Positions 1 through 13,279 of a stretch of DNA of 64,000 nt are shown here, piece by piece. Numbering within the stretch: position 1 is the stretch's first letter; every line of letters starts with the position of its first letter. Both the position numbers and the translations under genes were made by a program. The notes below the pieces were generated by a model. It saw nothing but the letters and a program-made list of their open reading frames with translations. It had not been told where the DNA came from and searched no databases. The stretch is from the human T2T-CHM13v2.0 reference genome, Homo sapiens, in NCBI RefSeq assembly GCF_009914755.1, contig NC_060926.1, one strand, 5' to 3'.

Positions 1-122
1 ATTTGCCACAAATGCAATTGTAAAAGGCTTAATACCCTTATTAAAATTGAAAATTATTAAATGATAGGAAAAAAGACTCTAAATTTTCTAATTTCAATAA
101 TTTGGAGTTTGACTAGATAAAA

Positions 123-366
123 ATAACAGCAACAAACATTATGTAATATTACCATATTCCAGGAACCTTTCAAATTACCTTACATAAATTAGGCAACTGA
201 ATCCTCATAACAATCCTTGTGAATTAGGTACCATTTTTAGAGATAAAGAACCTGAGTCACAGGAATATGAAATAAATTGCCCATATCACATGGCTAGGAA
301 ATGGTGGCTCCAAAATTCAAACCCAAGCAGTCTAGCTTCAGAGCTCATGCTCTCAAACAACACACT
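123..366 (-). mobile_element. MIR SINE
   Basis: Resembles the reverse complement of the MIR core (aatcctcataacaatcc...gataaagaacctgagtcacag...ttcaaacccaagcagtct). Confidence 0.8.
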
Positions 367-811
367 AACTGCCTGCCAAAGCAAATTACTCTCCGGCTCT
401 ACCCTATTCCAAAATATTCATACCACATCATGCAGCAATAACATTATCACCTCCTATCTGCATGCTATTCTATAAATTTCAGAATGTTGTCATATGCATT
501 ATCTGATCCTCAGAACACTTCTGATAGCAAGAACTCTCTGCTCATGCTGTCCCTGTATCATTGATCCCAATATTGCTATTGCACGATGTTTGTTTGACAT
601 TTGCAACCATTTTGTAGTCTTGACCTCTTGTTCCCTCATCTCTTGGTCCCCTATGGACATTCTAGTCCGTAGGGTTTGATTATCTGGATTTCAGAAAGAA
701 TCCCAGGGCGTTGTTAAATTCCATCAATTATAGGTTGTTATAGAAAAAAAGAGAACAAACACATCTACTATAACATCCTGATTTGTCAGAACATTTAAAT
801 ATTGAAGACAT

Positions 812-1105
<294 letters not shown>

Positions 1106-1664
1106 TTATTTATTAACTTATTTATTTAGGTGTGTGTGTGTGTAGACAACCATACTTACAAAGCTAATTTCTCATGGTATATAAATGTAAAAGTGGCCAG
1201 TGATAATATTAGCCAGACAAATACCCTAACATTAGCTCTAATGTGGATAATAAAGTTATAAATGCTTTAACTATAATTTTAACTATCATTTTCTTACTGA
1301 GAAAAATTACATGTACATTATACAGCTCCTAACAGGAGGCCAGAAATCCAGGCTTCTAAGAAAGACTGTGATATACTACTGGACAATGGAGTTCACATTT
1401 GAGAATACAAGAAGCATCAAAAGCCTTTGTGTCCAGTCAACACTTTAGAGTTTTCCTATAAATAGAAACAAATGTCTTTGTACCCACATTTTTTAAAACT
1501 CAGTATTGTTAGTCTATTTTACTGTTGAGACCACAGGAATTGAATAGCCAGAAAATGATAGGTCATAGTGACAGATTCAAACTTCACTGCTGTTTCTACC
1601 TAGCAAAAAGCCAAAACCCAACCAATATTCCATTGAATATTTGTTTTAAAAATAACTAAAAATA

Positions 1665-2033
<369 letters not shown>

Positions 2034-2501
2034 TTACAGAACAAAGGGAATTTTTGGACAGAAGTAAAGAGAATATGATGCATGTGATTTAGCTAAAAGT
2101 ATGGAAAAAAGTCAATTACCATATTTTCTTAAAATTCAGATCAGGAACTAATTTTGCAGTTGTCAATTTTCTAATAACATGAAATCTGATCTTTGAAGTA
2201 TCATTATAATATATTAAAATAATTGATATTAAACATGGCCTCTACCTCATTTGGGATTAAAATCAGTAAAATCATCTCAGCTCCTTTAGTGAGAGAATTA
2301 TCAGACTATGGGAAAGTAATTTTGTTTTGCTTTTGCTTTCAAATGAGCAAATGCTCCTTTTAGGAAAAAAATACAGATGAATGAAGAAAAAATATAAAAT
2401 TAAAGAGATATATTTAATAATAATCTCACCACCAACAGCTAACAAATATAATTACAATAATGCTTTGCAATAATGCAATGCAGTAAAACACTGGACATGT
2501 G

Positions 2502-2904
2502 TATTTTAGTCCATTAGTGTTGCTATAAAGGAAATTACAAAGAAAAGTTTATATGGTTCATGGTTCTGCAGACTCTACAAGAAGCATAGTGCTATCATCT
2601 GCTACTGATGAAGGCCTCAGACTGCTTTCACTCATGGTAGAAGCTGAAGGTGAACCAGCATATAAAGATAACATTGTGTAAGACAGGGAGAAAGACAGTG
2701 GGGAGAGAAGTGCCAGGCTCTTTTTAACAATAAATTCTCACAAAACTAATTAGAATGAGAACTTATTACCATGAGGAGAGCACCAAGCTCTTCATGACAG
2801 ATATGCCTCTGTGACCCAAATACTTCCCACTAGTCTCCACTCCCAACACTGGGGAGCAAATTTCAACATGAGATTTGAAGTGGGCAAATATCTAAACTAT
2901 ATCA
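2502..2904 (-). mobile_element. MST-family MaLR solo LTR
   Basis: Ends in aaactatatca; MST internal motifs; 5-bp TSD atgtg on both sides. Confidence 0.85.
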
Positions 2905-2909
2905 ATGTG

Positions 2910-3075
2910 CTATTACTGAAGTTTTTTTAATGTATTGACTTATTTAATCCTTATTACAAACCTGTGAGGCATGGACTCAAATTTTACAGTCTCCATTTCA
3001 CAGAAGAGAAACTAAGCCATAGAAAGGATAATGTGACTTGCTTCAAATCACATAGCTACTAAGTGATGGTGAGGC
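2910..3075 (-). mobile_element. MIR fragment
   Basis: tatttaatccttattacaaacctgtgagg...ccatttcacagaagagaaactaag MIR core. Confidence 0.7.
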
Positions 3076-3221
3076 TTCAGTCTCCAACATCTTGGCCTTA
3101 AATCAGTGATTGTTATCACTATTCTCTATTGCTGGCAACAATAGAGAATATATCATGGACATAAAGGAAGCAAATAGTCCACATCCACTGGATATGGACT
3201 CACGTGTCAAATATTATAGAC

Positions 3222-5853
3222 TGTATTAGTCCATTCATGCTGCTGATAAAGACACACCTGAGACTCGGCAACTTACAAAAGAAAGAGGTTTAATGGACTT
3301 ACAGGTCCATGTGGCTGGGGAACCCTCACAATCATGGTGGAAGGCAAGGAGGATCAAGTCACGTCTTACATGGATGGCAGCAGGCAAAGAGAGAGGGCTT
3401 GTGTAAGGAAACTCCCATTTTTAAAACCATCAGATCTCACGAGACTTATTCACTATCATGAGAACGCCATGAGAAAGACCTGCCCCCATGATTCAATTAC
3501 CTCCCACCAGGTCCCTCCCATGACATGTAGGAATTATGGGAGTTACAATTCCAGATGAGATTTAGGTGGCGACACAGCCAAACCATATCATTCTGCTCCT
3601 GGTCCCTCCCAAATCTCAAGCCCTCACATTTCAAATCCAATCATGCCTTCCCAAAGTCCCCCAATGTCTTAACTCATTTCAGCATTAACACAAAAGTCCA
3701 CAGTCCAAAGTCTCATTTGAGACAAGGCAAATAAGTCCCTTCTGGCTATGAGCCTGTCAAATCAAAAGCAAGTTAGTTACTTCCTAGATACAATGGGGGT
3801 ACAGGCATTGGGTAAATACAGCCATTCCAAATGACATAAATTGGCCAAAACAAAGATATTACATGCCCCATCCAAGTCTGAAATTCAGCAGGGCAGTGAA
3901 ATCTCAAAGCTCCAAAATGACCTCCTTTGACTTTATGCCTCATATCCAGGTCACCTGCTGCAAGAGGTAAGTTCCCATGATCTTGAGCAGCTCTGCCCTT
4001 GTGGCTTTGCAGGGTATACCCTCCCTCCTGGCTGCTTTCACAGGCTGGCATCGAGTATCTGTGGCTTTTCCAGGCATACAGTGCAAGTTGTCAGTGGATT
4101 TACCATTTTGAAATCCGGAGGACAGTGACCCTCTTCTCATAGCTCTACTAAGCGGTGCCCCAGTAGGGACTCTGTGTGGGGGCTCCAACTGCACATTTCC
4201 CTTCTGTACTGCCCTCACAGAGGTTTTCCATGAGGGCCCCACCCCTGTAGCAAACTTCTGCGTGGGCATTCAGGTCTTTCTATACATCCTCTGAAATCTA
4301 GGCAGAAGTTCCCAAACCTCAATTCTTGACTTCTGTGCAACCGCAGGCTCAACACCACGTGTAAGCTGCCAAGGCTTGGGGTTTCCACCATCCAAAGCAA
4401 CAGTCCAAGCTGTACCTTGGCCCCCGTCAGTCACAGCTAGAACAGCTGGGACACAGAGCACCAAGTCCCCAGACTGCACACAGCAGAAGGACCCTGGGCA
4501 TGGCTCACAAAACCATTTTTTCCTCCTAAATCTTCAGACCTGTGATGGGAGGGGCTGCCACAAAGGTCTCTGACATGCTCTGGAGATATTTTCCCCATTT
4601 TCTTGCTGATTAACTTTTGGCTCCTTGTTACTCATGCAAATTTCTGCAGCTGGCTTGAATTTCTCCTCAGAAAATGGAATTTTCTTTTCTGTCATTTTGT
4701 CAGGTTGCTAATTCTTCAAACTTTTATGCTTTGTTTCCCTTTTAAAACTGAATACCTTTAATAGCACCCAAGTAACATCTTGAATGCTTTGTTGCTTAGA
4801 AATTTCTTCCACCAGATACCCTAAATCATCTCTCTCAAGTTCAAAGTTCCACAAATCTCTATGGCAGGGTCAAAATCCCACCAGACTCTTTGCTAAAATG
4901 TAACAAGAGTCATCTTTGCTCCAGTTCCCAACAACTTCCTCATCTCCATCTGAGACCACTTCAGCCTGGAATTCATTGTCTATACCATTATTAGCATTTT
5001 GGACAAAGCCATTCAACAAGTCTCTAGGGAGTTCCAAACTTTCCCACATTTCCTGTCTTCTTCTGAGCCCTCCAAACTGTTCCAATCACTGCCTGTTAGC
5101 CAGTTCCAAAATTGCTTCCACATTTTCGGGTATTTTATTCAGCAGCACCCCACTCCTGGTACCAACGTACTGTATTAGTCTGTTTTCACTCTGCTGATAA
5201 AGACATACCTGAGATTGGGCAATTTACAAAAGAAATAGGTTTATTGGACTTACAGTTCCACGTAGTTGGGGAAGCCTCACCATCATGGTGGATGGCAAGG
5301 AGGCGCAAATCATGTCTTTTTTTTTTTTCTTTTTGAGACAGGGTCTCACTCTGTCACCCAGGCTGGAGTGCAGTGGCACAATCTCAGCTTACTACAACCT
5401 CTGCCACCTGGGTTCAAGTGATTCTCCTGCCTCAGCCTGCCAAGTAGCTGGGATTACAGGTGCACATCACCATGCCTGGCTAATTTTTATATTTTTAGTA
5501 GATATGGGGTTTCACCATGTTGGTCAGGCTGGTCTGGAACTCCTGACCTCGTGATCTTCCTGCCTCAGCCTCCTAAAGTGCTGGGATTACAGGCGTGAGC
5601 CACCATGCCTGGCCGAGCAAGTCATGTCTTACACAAATGTCAGCAGGCAAAGAGAGAAAGCTTGTACAGGGAAACTCACATTTTTAAAACCATCAGATCT
5701 CATGAGACTTATTCGCTATCACAAGAACAGCACAAGAAAGATCTACTCCCATGATTCTATTTCCTCCCACCAGGTCCCTCCCACGACATGTGGGAATTGT
5801 GGGAGAAAAAATTCAAGATGAAATTTGGGTGGGGACAAAGCCAAACCATATCA
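3222..5853 (-). mobile_element. Full-length THE1B MaLR element (3' LTR 3222-3590, internal 3591-5170, 5' LTR 5171-5853)
   Basis: Two tgtattagtc...aaccatatca LTRs flanking ~1.6 kb THE1-int, which ends at cactcctggtaccaa; decayed TSD tagac/tggat. Confidence 0.92.
5319..5614 (-). mobile_element. AluS (Sg-like) inserted in the THE1B 5' LTR
   Basis: Poly-T plus reverse Alu; TSD gcgcaaatcatgtctt/gagcaagtcatgtctt. Confidence 0.9.
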
Positions 5854-6769
5854 TGGATGCTATGCAAGTGACAAATTTCAGATAAACTTATAATCTGAAA
5901 ATACCTAATATTTTAATATCTTGATATTGTCTACCAAATTAACCAATTAGCAGAAAAAAATGCAAAATGAATTTGTTAATGTGAGAAAAATTATGTCCTG
6001 AAAATGAGTTCAGTAGAAAACATAATGGTACTATTACACTTAGATTTGATATTCAATTGTCTTACTTCCATCAATTCAATACTTTCCCACACAAAGTACT
6101 TTCAAATAATGTCATGATCAATATTGATTGAAATTCAAGTTGAAGAAAATAGGATTTTTATGTACTTTATTAAGCACTCTCTCATATATCTCATGAAAAA
6201 ATCATCAGAGATCTAGCTACAAAATTAACAAGTTCACTTTTGAAGCTGATGCATGGGAACTTTATCTGAATGAGTGGTGGCCTCATTTTCCTCCATTTCT
6301 TCAAATTGCCATTTTAGTAGAGCTACCTATGTATCTTTTTTAAAAAATACAGATAATGTCAATTCAATCATTCCCACCAAGTGATTCAAATAGAAAATAC
6401 TATATTTAAATATCAAAGCTAAAAGTGCAATTTGAATAGTCCTTGATTCTCACATTGCAATACACTATTTCAATGTTTAATAGAATCTAGTAATAGTTGT
6501 TTTATGAGGAATACATATACAGTTATTCTACAAAGACGTAAAGACAACAATTTCTAAAATTTCTACACAAGAATAGAGTAAGTCTACACTATAGAAGTTA
6601 GATTACTTATGATCATGCAATTTCTCCACCCCAAATACATATGTGGTTTAGTGTTTGTATTATTAGGGGACAGAAAAGTGCAGGTTCATAATTATATTTT
6701 TATAGCATATTATATCAAGAAATAATCTTAGAAATTATCTAGTTGTGGCAGAAAAATATATTTTAATAG

Positions 6770-7060
6770 TTGTGGCAGAACTAAAAATTATCCAATTGCT
6801 GTTTATATAACCCAATTTTATTTCCTCTTGGGTACACAGTTAAACCACATGTCACAAGCTTCCTTGTGGCCTTGCATGTGACTGAATTCTAATGAGTAGA
6901 TTGCAGGTGAGCATTATGTGTTCTATTTCCTGGCCTGGCCCACATAAGTATCTCCCATGCCTAACAGTCTATGCCTTCTTCCTGTTAACAGTTGATGGGA
7001 ATGAAGAAGACACTCTGTCAGTGACACCCTGGGGATGGATGCCACCAACACACAAGAGCC
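6770..7060 (+). mobile_element. LTR16-like ERVL LTR fragment
   Basis: ttcctcttgggtacacag...catgtgactgaattct...ttcctggcctggccc resembles LTR16A. Confidence 0.6.
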
Positions 7061-7074
7061 TATTATTAAGTATT

Positions 7075-7250
7075 TGGGGATGTTGTAAGCCAGTTGTTAA
7101 AATGTTGATAGCTTGAAATTGACCATGGTGGTAGTACTGATCTAGCGAAATCAGCAATGCTATCATTAGGGCTTTTTTTCATTTCTTTTTTGGATATATA
7201 TATATTTGGAGAGATTTACTAGATTCACTAGGTTTACTAGAATACCATTG
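7075..7250 (-). mobile_element. MER63-like hAT DNA transposon
   Basis: tagcttgaaattgaccatggtgg...aaatcagcaatgcta...agggctttttt...aataccattg. Confidence 0.6.
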
Positions 7251-7402
7251 TCACTAGAATGGTTTCCTAATTCACATATGGTAGGTGACAGAGCCAAAAT
7301 CTGGGAGAAATTTTTGTCTGATTCATTACTTGAAAAAAAGAAAAAAAAAAAAAGAATTAGCTGACCAGTAACAACTACTTTAAATTGCTGTGTAGGGAGA
7401 TA

Positions 7403-7506
7403 TAGGGTGCCCAGGTTTGCTCAGGATGCTCTTTGTGCCCATTTTCCCAAATTAATATATTCCCTTTCACTTGAAAAAATGTCTTAGTTTGAATGATGGT
7501 CACTCC
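7403..7506 (-). mobile_element. MER94-like hAT-Blackjack MITE
   Basis: tagggtg...atggtcactc terminal inverted repeats; internal ccctttcac. Confidence 0.6.
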
Positions 7507-8296
7507 GGCAAGATAAAAACATAAAACGTGTCTTGTATTAACCCACTCAGGTTGGAGGTTTATCAGTCACATTCTCTGTAATATCTTTGCTAATACATTA
7601 ATTCAATCCCTTAATTTTATAATAAGGAAATTGATATTTGATCTTCATAATGATTTTTTTAAGAAAAGCAGTTAGCTCATATACAAAGTGTGTCACGTAT
7701 GTGTAAAGTAAGGCATAGGGAGTAAAGCAATTTGCCAAATTGATAGTGAAAGAGAATTAAGGCTGCTATTTCTAAGTTTCCAATTATCTATTGAACTCAG
7801 TATGTGACTTAGGTACCATGGTACCTTTTTGTTTAGGAAAATATGTATTTCAGTTTGTATTTTCTCAGCACACACCAATTAGAGAAAGGATAGAATTGTC
7901 CATAAGTATCCTGAATGGCCATACAAAATTTATTTAACATAGTTCTTGTGTCTCCTGGAGGCATTTTGTTTCTCATCTAAACTGCAGTTGCTGCTTCAAA
8001 ATTTTAACAAATTAAAGCCCACTTGGCTTCACGTCAAATCCAATGTCCCAAAGTTTTTGTTTTGTTTTGTTTGTTTGTTTTTTGCCAGCAAGTATAGTAT
8101 AGAGAGACTCATTACTGGAATAAATAGTGCCTTTATCTAAAATCAATCAGAATTATATTGACTCTGGTCATGCAAACCCGTACTTGGTACTTGCATGCAC
8201 ACACACACAACCCATACCATGCCCCTTCATAAAAGCCTCTGGATCAGAGAGGTTGGTTGACACCGGTTGAACAACAGAGTTTCTACTGTCCATATC

Positions 8297-9172
8297 TTTT
8301 CAACTTTTATTTTAAATTCATGGGTATATGTGAAGGTTACATAAGTAAACATGTGTCATGGGGGTTTGTTGTACAGATTATTTCAGCACCCAGGTATTAA
8401 GCCTAGTACCCATTAGTTACTTTTCCTGATCCTCTCTCTTCCCAGCCTTCAACCTCTGAAAGGCCCCGTTGTGTGTTGTTCCCCTCTATGTGTCCATGTG
8501 TTCTCATCATTTAGATCCCACTTAAGTGAGAACATGTGGTATTTGGTTTTCTGTTCCTATGTTAGTTTGCTAAGGATAATGGCCTCCAGCTCCATCCATG
8601 TCCTTGAAAAAAACATGATCTCATTTTTTATGGATGCATAGTATTCCATGGTATACATATACCACATTTTATTCATCTAGTCTGATATGATTTGGCTGTG
8701 TCCCCAACCAAATCTCATCTTGAACTGTAGCTCCCATAATCTCCACATGTCATGGGAGGGACCTAGTAGGAGGTAATTGAATCATGGGGCTGGGTTTTTC
8801 CCATGCTGTTCTCATGATAGTGAGTAAGTCTCATGAGATCTGATGGTTTTATAAAGGGCAATTTCCCTGCACATGCTCTCTTGCCTGCTGCCAGGTAAGA
8901 TGTGCCCTTGCTCCTGCTTCACCTTCTGCCATGATCATGAGGCTTTCCCAGCCATGGAGATCTGTGAGTCAATTAAACAGCTTTCGTTTATAAATTACCC
9001 AGTCTCAGGTATGTCTTTATTAGCAGTGTGAGGATGGACTAATACACAGTCTATCATTGTTGGGCATTTAGGTTGATTCCATGTCTTTGCTACTGTGAAT
9101 AGTGCTGCAATGAACATATATGTGTGCATGTGTCTTTATAATAGAATAATTTAATTCATTTGGGTATATCCA
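8297..9172 (-). mobile_element. L1PA (older, ~PA13-16) 3' end, interrupted by THE1
   Basis: Reverse L1 3' UTR (gtgtcatggggtttgttgtacagattatt...gtgagaacatgtggtatttgg); resumes after 9046. Confidence 0.85.
8683..9046 (+). mobile_element. THE1 (C-like) solo LTR
   Basis: tgatatgatttggctgtgtcccc...ggactaataca; TSD tagtc/cagtc. Confidence 0.9.
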
Positions 9173-9299
9173 TCTTAACTTCTGGATTATTTCTACTAGC
9201 TGTTTATGTCCAGGTTCCTCTGTCTCAATGTCATTATCCCACAGCCATTCAGTCAAAATCCTCAGCAATCTGTTTCCTTTCTACATATTTTAATTTTGG

Positions 9300-9520
9300 T
9301 TAACATTTATGAGTAATGTATACTTTTCATGTTATATAATTTTGTCCTCACGGAAAACATATAAAGCAGGTGTGACTACTATCCTCATAAATGAAGAAAC
9401 TAAGGTTTAGAGAGCTTAAGTAAAATATCTAAGTTCCCATAGCTAGTAAGAGGCAGAATTCAGATTTACATGTACATTGATATGATTATAAAGCTCACTT
9501 TCTTGGTTACTATTCTCTCC
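9300..9520 (-). mobile_element. MIR
   Basis: atgaagaaactaaggtttagagagcttaagt...agctagtaagaggcaga core. Confidence 0.65.
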
Positions 9521-9703
9521 CCAGGTACTCTTTCCTGGTATCCCATAGTTCCTCAATAGTGATCCTTTGCTCTTATCTAATTATAACCTGCTTTATGTAT
9601 CTTTCTACTATCACATCTTTGCTCATACCCATCTTTACCCCCATAATTTTTCCTTTGCCTGTCTACTTGAGTCTTAATCTTCAATACTCAGTTCTAGTTC
9701 TAC

Positions 9704-9831
9704 ATTGCCCTCAAGCTTTCTTCTTATTTCAATAGTCCCTTATTTGCCTCAAATATGAAAGCATGATATTGCCCTCAAGCTTCCTTCTTATTTCAGTAGA
9801 CCCTTATTTGCCTCAAATCTGAAAGCATGAG
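9704..9831. repeat. 64-bp tandem duplication (2 copies)
   Basis: attgccctcaagctt...gaaagcatga starts at 9704 and again at 9768; 5 mismatches. Confidence 0.95.
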
Positions 9832-10010
9832 ATCAAGAGAGAATCTGAATTAGTAGTGCTGAGTCACAAACGCAAAGCAGCAAACCATTATCACCCAGGT
9901 TAAACATCCTGTTGACAAGTTTTATTTGGTCTGCATAGTCATTTTGCTTTTGTTTCCATTTTTAATTTAAAATTGTTTCCAAAACTTAAAAACTTTTTTA
10001 GAAAAATGCA

Positions 10011-10331
10011 GGCCATGCACGGTGGCTCATGCCTGTAATCCTAGCACTTTGGGAGGCTGAGGATGGTGGATTGCCTGAGCTCAGGAATTCAAGTCCAGCC
10101 TGGACAACATAGTCAAACCCCATCTCTACTAAAAATACAAAAAATTATCCGGACATGGTGGCACATGCTTGTAATCCAAGCTAGTCTGGAGGCTGAGGAA
10201 GGGAAATTGCTTGAGCCCGGGAGGTGGTGGTTGCAGTGAGCTGAAACTGAGACACTGTACTTTTAGCTGGGGCAACAGAGCAAGCTCTGTCTCAAAAACA
10301 AAAAAACAAACAAAAACAAAAACAAAAAAAC
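10011..10331 (+). mobile_element. AluS (Sz-like)
   Basis: Dimeric Alu with A/C-rich tail; TSD agaaaaatgca/agaaaagtaca. Confidence 0.9.
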
Positions 10332-11181
10332 AGAAAAGTACAGATTTTTTTTTTTTTTCAAATGAGAAAACAAAGGCATGGAGAGATTTCAGTTTTGCTT
10401 ACGAGAACACAGTTGACTTAGTGGAATGGAGACCCAGATTTCCACAATCTGAATCTGGTGTTCCTTCAGTTCTACTTATACGTCGCTCTGCTATTTAAGC
10501 TGTATCTAAGACAGGTATGTCCTAATTAGGTTTTATAATTACTGGCAGATATTTTTAAGTATCAAACTTTTTGCTTGTATTTACACAGCAATTACTGTAG
10601 TACTTGCTAAATACTGATTGATTCCCTGAATGACTCTTGTGCTAACTGAGGCAAAGTCAGAACCAATTCTTCCTTCTGACAAAGAGGAAGAGAGACAAAT
10701 TAGTTTTACCCAGCAGTTGATAGCCACAATGTGTTGTCTGCTCCTGGAAAGTGCTCTATTAATACCATCCTGAGGCTCTGTCCTACCATAGGGCCTGGGT
10801 CAGCCATCCTGCGCTCCCAGGTAACTGGATGGGACAAAGGAATAACAGAAGCTCTGTGAGGTTAGATCACTTTAAGTAAAGGTCCCCAAATTAAAACGTA
10901 TTCAAGGCAGACAGATCCAATTTAATCTGATTTTCTCTGGTACAGGCCCAATATTAAGAAGAGAATAATTCATCAGAATAAAAAATGACTCATTAAAGAA
11001 GTGTTTAAGATATGGAAAGAAGAACCAACAATAGAAAAAGACAGTTCTAAAGTTCTAGCTCTTCAATTTATTCATTGTTTTCTTTCCCTATACACAAAAC
11101 AAAGAGAAATGGACCCACAATAATCTATTAAGCATATAAAACAAGTTCCAATTTGCTTGTCCACTAGTCAACATGGCGGTC

Positions 11182-11598
11182 TGTGTTAGTCCAATGTGTT
11201 GCTATAAATAAATACTTGAGGCTGGATAGTTTATAAATAAATAGGTTTATTTTGGTTCACAGTTCTGCAGGCTGAACAGAAAATATGATGCTGGCATGTT
11301 TCTGGTATAGGCCTCAGGAAGTTTACCATCATGGCAAAAGGCAAAAGCAGAGCAGATGTATGACACGATTAGTGCAGGTGCAAGAGGGAAAGGGAGGAGG
11401 TACCACACTCTTCTAAACAACCAGATCTCACATGAACTCACAGAGTGAGAACTCACTCACTACCATGCAGATGGTATCAAGCCATTAATGAGGAATCCAT
11501 CCCCATGAACAAAACATCTCCCACTAGGCCCCACCTCCAACATTGGGCATCTCATTTCAACATGTCATTTGGAGGGATCATACATCCAAACCATATCA
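11182..11598 (-). mobile_element. MST (MSTB-like) solo LTR
   Basis: tgtgttagtcc...aaaccatatca; TSD cggtc/tggtc. Confidence 0.88.
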
Positions 11599-12575
11599 TG
11601 GTCTATTATATTTAGACAATATTGGACAAGTGGGAACTTGTCTGTAATTTGAAAGTATATTATAACTTGCAAATAAATTGTGATAATTATAGTAATCAAT
11701 AGCCTAATAAAAGATTGCATAATTGCATTTTTCTGATAATTTAAATAGGGAAAAATGTATATAAACCTACTTGTAGTAAATCAACACTTTACCTAGAAAT
11801 AAGTCAGTGTAATAAATCCTAAGGCTGAAATATATTGTTTTTATCTTGCCCTACAAGGATGAAACTAACGGGACAAACATTTCAAAGGTTAGAAAATTTT
11901 CCATCAAGCTTCTAAGACACTTAGTGATACCCTTTGGTACCACATTAATAATACTTATAAATAAATGGTTAAGAAGTTAGTTAATCCAAGTTTCTTGTAG
12001 CCTGTTAGCCTTAGTTGTACTGGATAGTACCACTTTCCTGTTCCTTTCTCCCACAATAATATATTATAAACACACACCACACACACACAAATACATACAC
12101 ACACACACACGATAGAAAAGAACAACAAAAAAAAGTATATTAAAGTGCTTACGCTAACAAAATCTAAAATAAAAACTGCTGGTTTCAGAAAGAAAAACCG
12201 AAATCACAACCAAAAATGTAAGTTGATCTATGAGGACCCACACATAGGAGTCAGCAAATGTGATTGGAGCTTAATCAACAAAGGGAGGACATGATACATG
12301 GCCTTGAGACCATGAGGGAACCGGTATAAAGCCTTCTGCATAAAAACTAGGCACTTGAAGAACTCCAACTTTTGGGAAAAGTGAGTAAACCATGTATACT
12401 CATTGGCTGACAGACACAGCAAATTGTTCTTATTCTATTTGATGTTTCAGGTATAAAAAGATATTACCACCAAAAATTAAAAGATTAGACCTTGTTCACC
12501 CATTGATAAGAGGCCCTGAGAGATGCAGTATACCAAGTTGGCAAATTAATCTAAATATTTATACAAGAATATTAA

Positions 12576-13036
<461 letters not shown>

Positions 13037-13279
13037 TCATGAAGTGTTTACACAAAGAAACAATAGGACCCCCAAGCCATGCTCCTCCTTACTCTCTCGA
13101 GATATTTTTTAACCTGCTCAGGTGGCTGCCTTTCTCTCTCCAGGGCCTCATTACATAAGTAACATATTAAATATCTTTTCCTTTTGGCACATGTGCAGTA
13201 TTCTCTATTTCAACATCTGAACCAAAATTTAGATGGCATATTGGTCTTCTCTTCCATGGAACAAATATGAGAAACTCTT

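Noticed and set aside
3334-5821. ORFs in the THE1B element
   Set aside because: Fragments of the decayed MaLR internal ORF, LTR and Alu; not an intact gene.
7811-7826. Perfect 16-bp palindrome aggtaccatggtacct
   Set aside because: About one 8-bp-arm palindrome is expected by chance in 64 kb.
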